Shown here: positions 10,613 to 18,949 of the stretch, piece by piece | Layout of the letters: each line of letters starts with the position of its first letter | Numbering within the stretch: the stretch's first letter is position 1 | IMG/VR virus record: IMGVR_UViG_3300027833_000022 | Coordinates: 39,159-103,158 of that record | Length of the DNA: 64,000 nt | Source of the DNA: a virus | Direction: 5' to 3' (one strand) | Position numbers and translations under genes: made by a program | Notes under the pieces: model-generated | Database searches by the model: none | What the model saw: only the letters and a program-made list of their open reading frames with translations | Told to the model about the DNA's origin: nothing

Positions 10613-12673
10613 TTACGTGATATTATTAACTGATCTTTGATAATCAGTAGAGCGTTGTATGCTCTTCATTGCAGATTTCATCTGTTTCAACATCATTAAA
10701 GTTTGCTTTTTGGTGTTTACAATATCATCTAAATGTTGTGATATATTATTATCACCAGTATTGGTATTTCCTACCATCATTTTTGTTTTATTGGTATCTG
10801 TTATACTACCATGACTAGTTGGTGTGAATAATTCTGCACCTTTCTCTCCTACAAGATAGGGCTTATCTTTTGTAACGGGACCACCTAATTCTCTTTTGCC
10901 TTCAACATTAGGTTTCTCAACAGAGAGGAAAAAAGATGATGAAACATATGCCGCCAAAGCCGATAGTATTTTTTGGTTTAATGAAATATCATCATTATTA
11001 AACGGTGATGATGTAATATCTGCAACATTCACAACAGTTTCAACCGCACCTTTGGCGCTACTCATTACATCTGTTATTGTTTCTGCTCCCGATTTTAATC
11101 CGTCTGCAAGTTTTTCTGCCATTTCAGATGCACTATCTAAATTATAAACAAATGCATCTTGAATTGTCATAAATCCTGTTTTCATGTTGTTCATTGCTAC
11201 TGTCATTTCACCCGAGGTGTCTGATTTCTCTTCTATTTCTTTAAGATATGCCGAATATTCAGACTTGCTCATGCCAATCATTTTTTTCATTTGCTTATCT
11301 ACCATAACACCACCTGCTTTCAACTGTTGTACGATGTGCTGGACTGAACCTACTACTACATTACTTGATCCTACTTCTGCATCACGCATTTTTGCCATTT
11401 CTTTAACGAGCATGTCTTTTGCTGCGTTTATGTCACCAGACCTAAACACTGCATTAACTCTATCAGTAAATCCATTATTTGCAGTATCAAGTGCTGTAGC
11501 CAAATCTGGTCCCAATGCAACTTTCATATCAAAATCCTGTGGTGTATCTGCCACTCTAAAGATATAATCATTAAATCTATCTGATATATCTTTTCCGACA
11601 GGTCCCATCGAATTTTCAAGTAATGCAAATTGTGATATGAAAGATCGTGCTATCTCTGCATGACCACCACCCGCTTCGTCCATTGTTGCCAATGCTGCTG
11701 CAACTTGTGGTTGTGACAATGCTGCCAATCGTTTCTGTAATATTTCTGATCTATTCTCGCCTGTCAAACTTGCTAATGCAGTTGTTTCAATCATCAAATT
11801 ATGAAATCCTGCTTCAACACCATCTTGAGTACTCAATAATGACATGTCTTTATTTAATGTCATACGCTGTATGTTTACATAATCAGCTAACACTTCTGCC
11901 ATTTCTGCTGATCGTAAACCATAGTCACCAAATTTATCACCTATATTATTAACAGACTTAAACATTGATGTAAATGCAGTCGTACCGCTTGATACTCCAT
12001 TGCCCAATGACTGTAATGCAACACCATTTTGACTAACTAATTTAGATAACTCAGTATACGATAGACCCGAAGATATTGCTGCTTGCTTCAATGTTTCATA
12101 AGGAGATGTATCATCAAACATAATTGCACCAGAATTTATCATTGTCTCTTGTGCTTTTGCAAATTGTTCTAGTTGACCTGCTTGAAACGCAGCCCATGCT
12201 AATGTGCTTGCACCTGCTGCGCCAAACGCGATACCAGCAGTTTTCATCATTTTTCCTACTAATTTGTTGCTTTTTACATCATCAGTCAATCCCTTTGCAC
12301 TACCAGAAATAGCAGAACCAAAGTCACCAATCATATCTATCATAGCAGTAAGTGGTGCATCGGTATTACTAAATTTGTCAACCACATTTTTAGCGGATGC
12401 GGCTGCACCGACTATCTTTTCATTGAAAGCTTTCTTCTTTTCTTCTGATACTTCTTCATTACCCGAAGCATATTGCTTTGCAATATCTCGAATATCATTA
12501 GATAATTGTGATACATTTAAGGTACTTGATTTCATCCATTTTGATATTACGCTCGTCATAAGATTAGATGTGCCAGTTAATTCTGCTATCTTGCTGAGTG
12601 TTTCTTCACTAGCCCATTTAGGTATTTGAATTTGTATTCCTTCAACTTCGATAGTTTGAGTTTTATCCGCCAT
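10613..12673 (-). CDS. Tape measure-like protein (paralog 2)
   Basis: Ala/Gly/Met-rich helical protein; C-terminal RELGGPVTKDKPYLVGEKGAELFTP is typical of tape measure proteins. Confidence 0.75.
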   Translation of the reverse strand: MADKTQTIEVEGIQIQIPKWASEETLSKIAELTGTSNLMTSVISKWMKSSTLNVSQLSNDIRDIAKQYASGNEEVSEEKKKAFNEKIVGAAASAKNVVDKFSNTDAPLTAMIDMIGDFGSAISGSAKGLTDDVKSNKLVGKMMKTAGIAFGAAGASTLAWAAFQAGQLEQFAKAQETMINSGAIMFDDTSPYETLKQAAISSGLSYTELSKLVSQNGVALQSLGNGVSSGTTAFTSMFKSVNNIGDKFGDYGLRSAEMAEVLADYVNIQRMTLNKDMSLLSTQDGVEAGFHNLMIETTALASLTGENRSEILQKRLAALSQPQVAAALATMDEAGGGHAEIARSFISQFALLENSMGPVGKDISDRFNDYIFRVADTPQDFDMKVALGPDLATALDTANNGFTDRVNAVFRSGDINAAKDMLVKEMAKMRDAEVGSSNVVVGSVQHIVQQLKAGGVMVDKQMKKMIGMSKSEYSAYLKEIEEKSDTSGEMTVAMNNMKTGFMTIQDAFVYNLDSASEMAEKLADGLKSGAETITDVMSSAKGAVETVVNVADITSSPFNNDDISLNQKILSALAAYVSSSFFLSVEKPNVEGKRELGGPVTKDKPYLVGEKGAELFTPTSHGSITDTNKTKMMVGNTNTGDNNISQHLDDIVNTKKQTLMMLKQMKSAMKSIQRSTDYQRSVNNIT

Positions 12674-14693
12674 GTATATTCTCCGATGTTTTTATCTTTT
12701 CTACTTCTTCAACAACTTGTCGTAAGTGGTCAACAAGTGAACTATCTAATTGGTACATATTTTTAAACTTCATACCAACTATATTTAACTCATCTACATA
12801 TACTTTTTTACTACCTATAGGTGAATCAGGATCTCTTATATTAGCATACCATCTACCATCAGGACGCTGAATTGGAACCGGACCACCGCCTTCTGCAAAT
12901 TGCTCTGGACTGAAATGTTTGTTTAAAATATTATATGCTGATAAATATTTTTGTGCATCAACTTTATCTTCATCTATGCTGGTTGGTTTATATTTTCCTA
13001 TATTACTTATATAGGCATTTGCCTCCGCAGATGGATGTCCTTGTCCCATGCGCTTTGGTAATCCTTTAGAAGTTGTATATGGTTCTTTTTCATCATTATC
13101 ATCATCTTCTGACGGTATCAATCCAACAAGTTTAAGTCCACCTTCAACTGATCTCAGTGCACCTTCAAACTTTTTAACAGCGATTGCACCTAGTGCATAA
13201 CCAGGAGTTAATTCATGTACCACCGATCTAAATGCAATTCGCGCTGCATCTATTGCATCAATTGAACTATCTGCTTGTTCAGTCAATGCTCTGACATTCT
13301 CTAACCCAGAATCTAATTGATTTTTTGTCAAATCCATGAATGCTTCTGGTGCTATACGTGCTTGTGCTATTAAATCGTTTGATTGTTGAACTATAGGGTC
13401 ATCTCCATATCTGGGACTCGCCTTTGATATTGATGTTGTTAATTCTTTTACTCTCATCACCAATTCTGGTTGTGTTAGTTGCCCTGTTCCAGATTGTTCC
13501 AATATATCTGTAAATTTCTTTGACACATCAGGACCAAGTGCACTCAACATATTAATCATTTCTTTAGGCATATTATTTAATACAGATGAATCTATATTGA
13601 TATCTTTCAAAAAATTATTAAATACTTGTTCTGTTTGCTCTCCAAATTGAGGACCTAGTACAGTGCTGAATAGCATCTTTATATTTGCTCCAGTATTTCT
13701 AACATTCTCTTCTGCATTTTTTCCGTACTTATCTGACAGATATTTGGCATTCATAGATATTGCTGTCATAAAATCTATATTGGTCATCGCTTCACTTCGC
13801 ATTGCCAATAATGCACTTCTCTGATCACCAAATTTTTCTGCAAGAAACGTAGTCATTGCACTACTTGATTCAAAATTCTTTCTTATTTTATCTTTCGCCA
13901 CTTGACCAAATTGTTCTAATTCACCTGTCATGTACATTAAATTGGCTTCTTCTAACAATCTTGCAGTTTGTTGTTCAACATTGTAACCAAAATCACCCAT
14001 TGTCTTTGATGCATCAGATTCTACTTTTCCAGCAAAATTTATAAATTGAATTGTAGTATCCATCAAGTCTGCTGGCATATTTGCAAGCATGACTTTATTT
14101 CCTGTCATAATTTTTGACATTTCTTGCATACTCATGCCAACGCCCGCTAATGCTTCTCTCATAACAGTATATTGATTCATATTACCAACAACACCGCCAT
14201 AGTCTATTATTTGTCTTAATCCTTTTTCTTGCTCGGACATAAGTTTTGCATATATTGCGGTTACGCCAACTGCTGCAACTGCGGCTCCTGTGCCAAAATT
14301 TAATAACGATGACACGACTGCCCCCTTAGGACCAAGATATTTTGAAAACGAAGTTATACCACCAATTGTGTCATCTATTGCTCCGACACTCAGTTTCAAT
14401 AATTCTGCGGTTGCTACCAATGGATCAGTATCTCGTGTAGCAACACCAAACAAATTTTTAGATGCGGATTCCATCTTTATAATTAGTTTGTTTGTTTTTT
14501 TAAATGATTTTTCAGAATCTTCAAATTCTTTTTTAACAACATCATAATCAAACGCAACACCAGTTAATGACTTAAATGTCTTCTTTAACTTATTATTATC
14601 AGATTCGGTTGCTGCGGCAATCTTCCCTAATGTATCCTCACTTGCCCAAGGATAACGCTGGTGAATCTGCCTGATGTCGTCTTCTATTGCCAT
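12663..14693 (-). CDS. Tape measure-like protein (paralog 1)
   Basis: Helical; shares the WASE(D/E)TLxKIA N-terminal motif and GD(F/Y)G segment with the downstream gene. Confidence 0.65.
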   Translation of the reverse strand: MAIEDDIRQIHQRYPWASEDTLGKIAAATESDNNKLKKTFKSLTGVAFDYDVVKKEFEDSEKSFKKTNKLIIKMESASKNLFGVATRDTDPLVATAELLKLSVGAIDDTIGGITSFSKYLGPKGAVVSSLLNFGTGAAVAAVGVTAIYAKLMSEQEKGLRQIIDYGGVVGNMNQYTVMREALAGVGMSMQEMSKIMTGNKVMLANMPADLMDTTIQFINFAGKVESDASKTMGDFGYNVEQQTARLLEEANLMYMTGELEQFGQVAKDKIRKNFESSSAMTTFLAEKFGDQRSALLAMRSEAMTNIDFMTAISMNAKYLSDKYGKNAEENVRNTGANIKMLFSTVLGPQFGEQTEQVFNNFLKDINIDSSVLNNMPKEMINMLSALGPDVSKKFTDILEQSGTGQLTQPELVMRVKELTTSISKASPRYGDDPIVQQSNDLIAQARIAPEAFMDLTKNQLDSGLENVRALTEQADSSIDAIDAARIAFRSVVHELTPGYALGAIAVKKFEGALRSVEGGLKLVGLIPSEDDDNDEKEPYTTSKGLPKRMGQGHPSAEANAYISNIGKYKPTSIDEDKVDAQKYLSAYNILNKHFSPEQFAEGGGPVPIQRPDGRWYANIRDPDSPIGSKKVYVDELNIVGMKFKNMYQLDSSLVDHLRQVVEEVEKIKTSENIHGG

Positions 14694-14704
14694 AATTAAG
14701 TACC

Positions 14705-14722
14705 TATTTAATAGGATAAATA
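14705..14722. promoter_or_regulatory. Back-to-back putative late promoters
   Basis: TATTTA (TAAATA on -) at 14705-14710 and ATAAATA at 14716-14722 between divergent tape measure and gp26-like genes. Confidence 0.45.
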
Positions 14723-14775
14723 CAGTTACGAAACTATTTTATCACTTTACTTACTATTTATATGGAGTACAAAAA

Positions 14776-15606
14776 ATGAGTAACAATCCTTTATTGAATG
14801 CGTACAAAGTACCATCAACTTACATAAGTCTACCTTCTGGTGGGAAATATTACACCGAAAAGCCTAAATTAAGTGCTGACGGTGAATTGGCAATCTACCC
14901 AATGACAGCAAGAGATGAAATAATCTCAAAGACACCAGATGCATTATTTAACGGAGAAGCAACTGTTGCGTTACTTGAATCATGTTGTCCAGATATAATT
15001 GACCCTAAATCAACACCCGTTAATGACTTAATGGTAATATTACTTGCTATACGCAAAGCGAGTTATGGAGATGGAATAGACATTGATATTAAATGCCCAT
15101 CTTGCAGTGAATTTAACATGCTTGAAATGGATATAAACCGAATTCTTGGATCTGTGAAATCTAACGAAATATCAAACACATTGAAATTACAAGATAAATT
15201 TGATGTCAAGTTGAAGCCCTATAATGTGAATGATAGAACATTAATACAGATACAACAAATCCAACAAGAACGAATGATACAAGAACTTGCGAATTCTGAT
15301 TTATCGGATGAGGATAGAAATAAAAAATTTGGAAAAACATTTGTAGATATATCCACGCTTACAATTAATCTTATGGTAAATTGCATTGTATCTGTATCAT
15401 TCGATGGTGATGTGATAATTGATAGGGAAATTATTAGAGAATGGTTACATAATATAACAAAGTCTGATTATAAAGAGATGAAAGATCATATTGAAAAAAT
15501 CTCAGATAGTGGCATCAATACTGAATTTAAGGCAGTATGTCAACACTGTTCACATGAATGGGAATCTGAGGTAGAACTAGATATGTCAAATTTTTTCGCA
15601 GGCTGA
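14776..15606 (+). CDS. gp26: gp26-like baseplate hub/tail assembly chaperone
   Basis: LPSGG, PMTARDE, IRKASYG, two CxxC motifs, C-terminal NFF; start moved to ATG 14776 (GGAG SD at 14764). Confidence 0.8.
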   Translation: MSNNPLLNAYKVPSTYISLPSGGKYYTEKPKLSADGELAIYPMTARDEIISKTPDALFNGEATVALLESCCPDIIDPKSTPVNDLMVILLAIRKASYGDGIDIDIKCPSCSEFNMLEMDINRILGSVKSNEISNTLKLQDKFDVKLKPYNVNDRTLIQIQQIQQERMIQELANSDLSDEDRNKKFGKTFVDISTLTINLMVNCIVSVSFDGDVIIDREIIREWLHNITKSDYKEMKDHIEKISDSGINTEFKAVCQHCSHEWESEVELDMSNFFAG

Positions 15607-15803
15607 TAGCAACAAGTCAGCCGCACGAAATACCAGACATACTGAACAGATATAAAAATGATCTAACTAAACTAAATTCTAATTATATGGATATTCTCAT
15701 TATTTCACAAGGTGCATTGACATACGAATCATTGATGTCTATGCCATTACCCATGATTGACTTATTTGTCAAGAGACATAATGAAAGAAATAGCGAATCA
15801 TAA
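15591..15803 (+). CDS. -1 frameshift extension of the gp26-like chaperone (lambda gpT-type)
   Basis: Slippery T-TTT-TTC at 15591-15597; the -1 frame is open for 70 codons (FFRRLIATSQPHEIPDILNRYKNDL...GALTYESLMSMPLPMIDLFVKRHNE). Confidence 0.7.
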   Translation, partial: FFRRLIATSQPHEIPDILNRYKNDLTKLNSNYMDILIISQGALTYESLMSMPLPMIDLFVKRHNERNSES

Positions 15804-15959
15804 TCGTTCACTATTTCATCATAGTATTTCTTTGTTTAAGGAACAACATAATAATGTAGTCACATAAACATTGCTTCGCAATGAACATCTTCGTAAAATA
15901 TCTCATTCGTTACACTCATTCGTATTTTACTTAATGTTGTTCTTTAAACACATACTGTT

Positions 15960-16490
15960 TCTAACTGTTATCAATGATATATAATGATTGGGCTATTGTA
16001 TAACTATTATCTATTTTTCCAGGATCTTGATCCACACTTCGCTTATGCAGCGAAAGTGAAAAATTTGTTAAATGAAAAGAAAGTTTTTTCCTATCACCCA
16101 ATCACACTTCGATATAACAAACCCAATTTTACACTTGGGGGAGGCGGTTACGCTGTACCTCTTATTACATGCTGCTTCAAGCAACGCAAGAACATCAATT
16201 TCCATATCGTCGGATTTTGACTACTCGTAGGTTTCAATAGTTCAGAAGAGCCTACTCTTTTCGGTTGGTCAGACCAGTGCAATGACCAGAGAGAAACACG
16301 TGGAAGTCCATCGGCTTCGCCTCAACGGCGGCAGATTCATCACGGATACGGTATCAGTATCATCCATCTAAGTTTTATAGGGTTCTGAGGGGAGTTGCCA
16401 ATGTGGGGTGTTTAAGTGCTTGTTTAGAGGGTTGTTTAAGTTTTTTGTTTAAGTTTTTTGTTTAAGTTTTTTGTTTAAGTGTTTATTCGT
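15960..16490 (-). ncRNA. Putative large structured non-coding RNA / origin primer transcript
   Basis: No credible ORF, locally GC-enriched, many stem-loops, dedicated sigma70 promoter at 16497-16524. Boundaries approximate. Confidence 0.55.
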
Positions 16491-16494
16491 TTAA
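16408..16494. repeat. 12-13-bp tandem repeat array (core TGTTTAAG)
   Basis: TGTTTAAG at 16433, 16446, 16459, 16472 (13-bp period), plus a copy at 16409 and degenerate copies at 16421 and 16480. Confidence 0.85.
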
Positions 16495-16496
16495 TA

Positions 16497-16524
16497 AGTA
16501 TACATGATTTTTAGTGCCTGTCAA
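16497..16524 (-). promoter_or_regulatory. Sigma70-type promoter firing into the non-coding locus
   Basis: TTGACA-16 bp-TATACT on the minus strand, just after the GIY-YIG stop. Confidence 0.7.
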
Positions 16525-16532
16525 GTATAATT

Positions 16533-16991
16533 TCATTTGCCTGAGGATTTAGTTTCGTTTAGGTGTTCTTTAAGAACTTTTGAGCCGCCAACTCTAACAT
16601 TGATGATTCCATTATAGTAATCATCTGTTTCAAGTACTCTGCGTTCAAACTGTTCGCGTGCTTCTAGATAACTGGCAATGCCTCTTGTTGGGCACATATG
16701 AATAATTTCTCGTGTGAAACTATCTTTGCCTAGTTCTTCAACGTCTGCATTAAGTCTATCACTGGAACCAAAATATTCTTTCCAATCACTTTCTTTAGTA
16801 CCACGTCTTTTATTCTTTTTTCCTTTCAGTGGCGGTTTAGTAGTTTTAAACTTTGCTAGTTTTTTACCTACATACAACATACCACTGACTGTATTTGTTA
16901 TTACATAAACAAATGCTTCGCATCCTTCCGGCAACTTTTCTACTACATTACCTTCATATGTCCATTCATATGTTACATTATTTTTTTCCAC
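16533..16991 (-). CDS. GIY-YIG family endonuclease
   Basis: AFVYVITNTVSGMLYVGKK, YFGSS, conserved E (SYLEAREQ) and YYN. Confidence 0.85.
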   Translation of the reverse strand: MEKNNVTYEWTYEGNVVEKLPEGCEAFVYVITNTVSGMLYVGKKLAKFKTTKPPLKGKKNKRRGTKESDWKEYFGSSDRLNADVEELGKDSFTREIIHMCPTRGIASYLEAREQFERRVLETDDYYNGIINVRVGGSKVLKEHLNETKSSGK

Positions 16992-17184
16992 TTACTGCTC
17001 TTATTTTTTGTAGAATATCAGCACCAACATTTTGCATGATTTCTATACTATTGAAATCTGATTCGTAAATCCATATTGTATCAGTTTCATCGCCAGTCAG
17101 ATCGATCTCGATCTGACTAACGTCAGTTGCATTGTCTGTTGTTACAGGTTCTTTATCAATGCCAATCTTTTGTTTATGTCTCAA
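16978..17184 (-). CDS. Hypothetical protein
   Basis: 68-aa ORF overlapping both neighbours. Confidence 0.55.
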   Translation of the reverse strand: MRHKQKIGIDKEPVTTDNATDVSQIEIDLTGDETDTIWIYESDFNSIEIMQNVGADILQKIRAVSGKK

Positions 17185-18946
17185 TTATTTCCATCTCTGT
17201 ATTAAATGTAGTGAATCCATTCTCTTTTGTAACTTGCAATACACTATTGACACGACCAATTAATTCATCTCTGTGCGAAATAAGTAGAATATCTTTATTT
17301 CGTTCACGCTCCATTTTCTTTAAAACGGTTAATGCACTTTCAACACCTACACTATCCATGCCAGAATCAATTAATTCATCAATGCACATTAAGTTGATTG
17401 CAGAATTCATACTCTCGTACACATCTCTGAATGCCCAACTTAATCCTAGAATTAAACGATTACGTTCACCCCTAGATAAATTGTCAAAATCTAAATCTTG
17501 TCCTAATTGCACAATGCTAACAGACAAGTCACTCTGAAATTTAACTTCATGTGGTAATCCTAGTTGTGTAATATAATGATCTAGACGAACATTAAGGAAC
17601 TGTAGATTTTGTTCAATAATACGCTTCCGAATAAACGAGTCCTTGTTTGTTAATAGTTTTAATAAAAAATCCTGATGATCTTTGATATCGGTTAAACGAT
17701 TAAGTTCATCCCAATCAACTGCTTGTAAACCAGTATCTTTTAGTGTATCAATTTGTTCTTGATAAGGATCTGAATCATTTGTTGTACGTTCAATTGCTGC
17801 GATTGTATTAGACAACTTGTTCTGATGTTCATATGCTTCTTGTACTGTTTCGTAAAATAATCTAGGAGGAACACCTAAATCACCTATGTTGTTTAGTTCA
17901 ATGGTATATGTTTCAATCGTATTTACATCTATCGCTATCTGTTCTTTATACTCGGCGACTGCTACCGTTTTTGTTTCAAGAATTTGTTCATGTTTTTCAT
18001 CATGAATCTCTTGTCCACATGCGTAGCATTTATGTTCCATAGACGCTTCTAAATCTTCGACTGCCTTAATGAGTCGTTTATTTTCACGATCTAAGGTTGT
18101 TGTTAATTTCGCAATATCTTTGGTGTATGAATTAAATTTATTTCTTCTTGTTGTATATTCTTCAAACGCAATATGTGCTTCTAGTTCAACTTCTATATCG
18201 ATTTCATACAACGTTACCAAGTCTATCTCAAGTTCTTTAATAGTTTGTTCATTAGTTTTATGCCATAGACGTTGTCTACGTTCTAAATCTTTGATACTTG
18301 TATTAAATCGTTCATTCGCATCTTCGACTGCACGAACACGATAATTTTCTTCTTGAATACGTTCTTTGCCTATCTTGATAAGGTCTTTAAGTAATTCAGC
18401 TTTATCAGATAGTTGAGTGATACCTAACAGTTGTTCGATCAACTCCCGCTGATCATTTGCACGCATACTCAAGAATGGCTCAGTGTATGTATTTAGTGCA
18501 ATAATATGCTTGAACATTGTGTGAGTCATACCAATAACTTTTTCAATCGCAACCTGTGTTAAACGACCCTCGCCCTGACCTTCATCAGTCATATCACTGT
18601 TATCTACTTCATTTACATAGAATTTAAAAACATTGGGACTGCGTCCGCGTTCAATACGATATTGAGAACCATTCTTTTCAAAATCAACTGTGACAGTCAT
18701 GTGCTTATTGTTGATCTTATTGATAAGATTTGATTTTTTAATATTAAATAATGCACTACCAAATAGTGCATATGAGATTGCGTTAATAAGAGTAGTCTTA
18801 CCAACTCCATTACGAGAACCATCACCGCCCATATCGACATTATTGCCCAGTACGAGAGTTAGTCCTGTTTCATTAATGGAAACAGCCTGAGTGACGTTAC
18901 CTACTGATAAAAAGTTTTTAATTGTGACATTCTTAATTGTGAGCAT
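17174..18946 (-). CDS. gp46: Recombination endonuclease ATPase subunit (Rad50/SbcC-like)
   Basis: NFLSVG, Walker A NGVGKTT, CYACGQ zinc hook, LSRGE signature, IDELID, ISH. Confidence 0.95.
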   Translation of the reverse strand: MLTIKNVTIKNFLSVGNVTQAVSINETGLTLVLGNNVDMGGDGSRNGVGKTTLINAISYALFGSALFNIKKSNLINKINNKHMTVTVDFEKNGSQYRIERGRSPNVFKFYVNEVDNSDMTDEGQGEGRLTQVAIEKVIGMTHTMFKHIIALNTYTEPFLSMRANDQRELIEQLLGITQLSDKAELLKDLIKIGKERIQEENYRVRAVEDANERFNTSIKDLERRQRLWHKTNEQTIKELEIDLVTLYEIDIEVELEAHIAFEEYTTRRNKFNSYTKDIAKLTTTLDRENKRLIKAVEDLEASMEHKCYACGQEIHDEKHEQILETKTVAVAEYKEQIAIDVNTIETYTIELNNIGDLGVPPRLFYETVQEAYEHQNKLSNTIAAIERTTNDSDPYQEQIDTLKDTGLQAVDWDELNRLTDIKDHQDFLLKLLTNKDSFIRKRIIEQNLQFLNVRLDHYITQLGLPHEVKFQSDLSVSIVQLGQDLDFDNLSRGERNRLILGLSWAFRDVYESMNSAINLMCIDELIDSGMDSVGVESALTVLKKMERERNKDILLISHRDELIGRVNSVLQVTKENGFTTFNTEMEIIET

Positions 18947-18949
18947 AGT

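Noticed and set aside
3161-14547. Long antisense ORFs (e.g. 3161-3712, 6032-6802, 7803-8342, 12204-12629)
   Set aside because: Shadow frames of real genes on the opposite strand; low-complexity translations with no motifs.
14674-14775. N-terminal extension of the gp26-like ORF given in the track
   Set aside because: It overlaps the divergent gene start and promoter region; ATG 14776 has the SD.
15984-16220. 78-aa plus-strand ORF in the structured locus
   Set aside because: No SD or recognisable motif, and it is antisense to the local promoter; likely incidental.
15960-16420. Group I/II intron, RNase P RNA, tmRNA or tRNA
   Set aside because: No interrupted host gene, and I could not find their hallmark motifs by eye; an Rfam scan is still needed.
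16408-16494. CRISPR array
   Set aside because: 13-bp tandem units with no unique spacers; no cas genes in the window.
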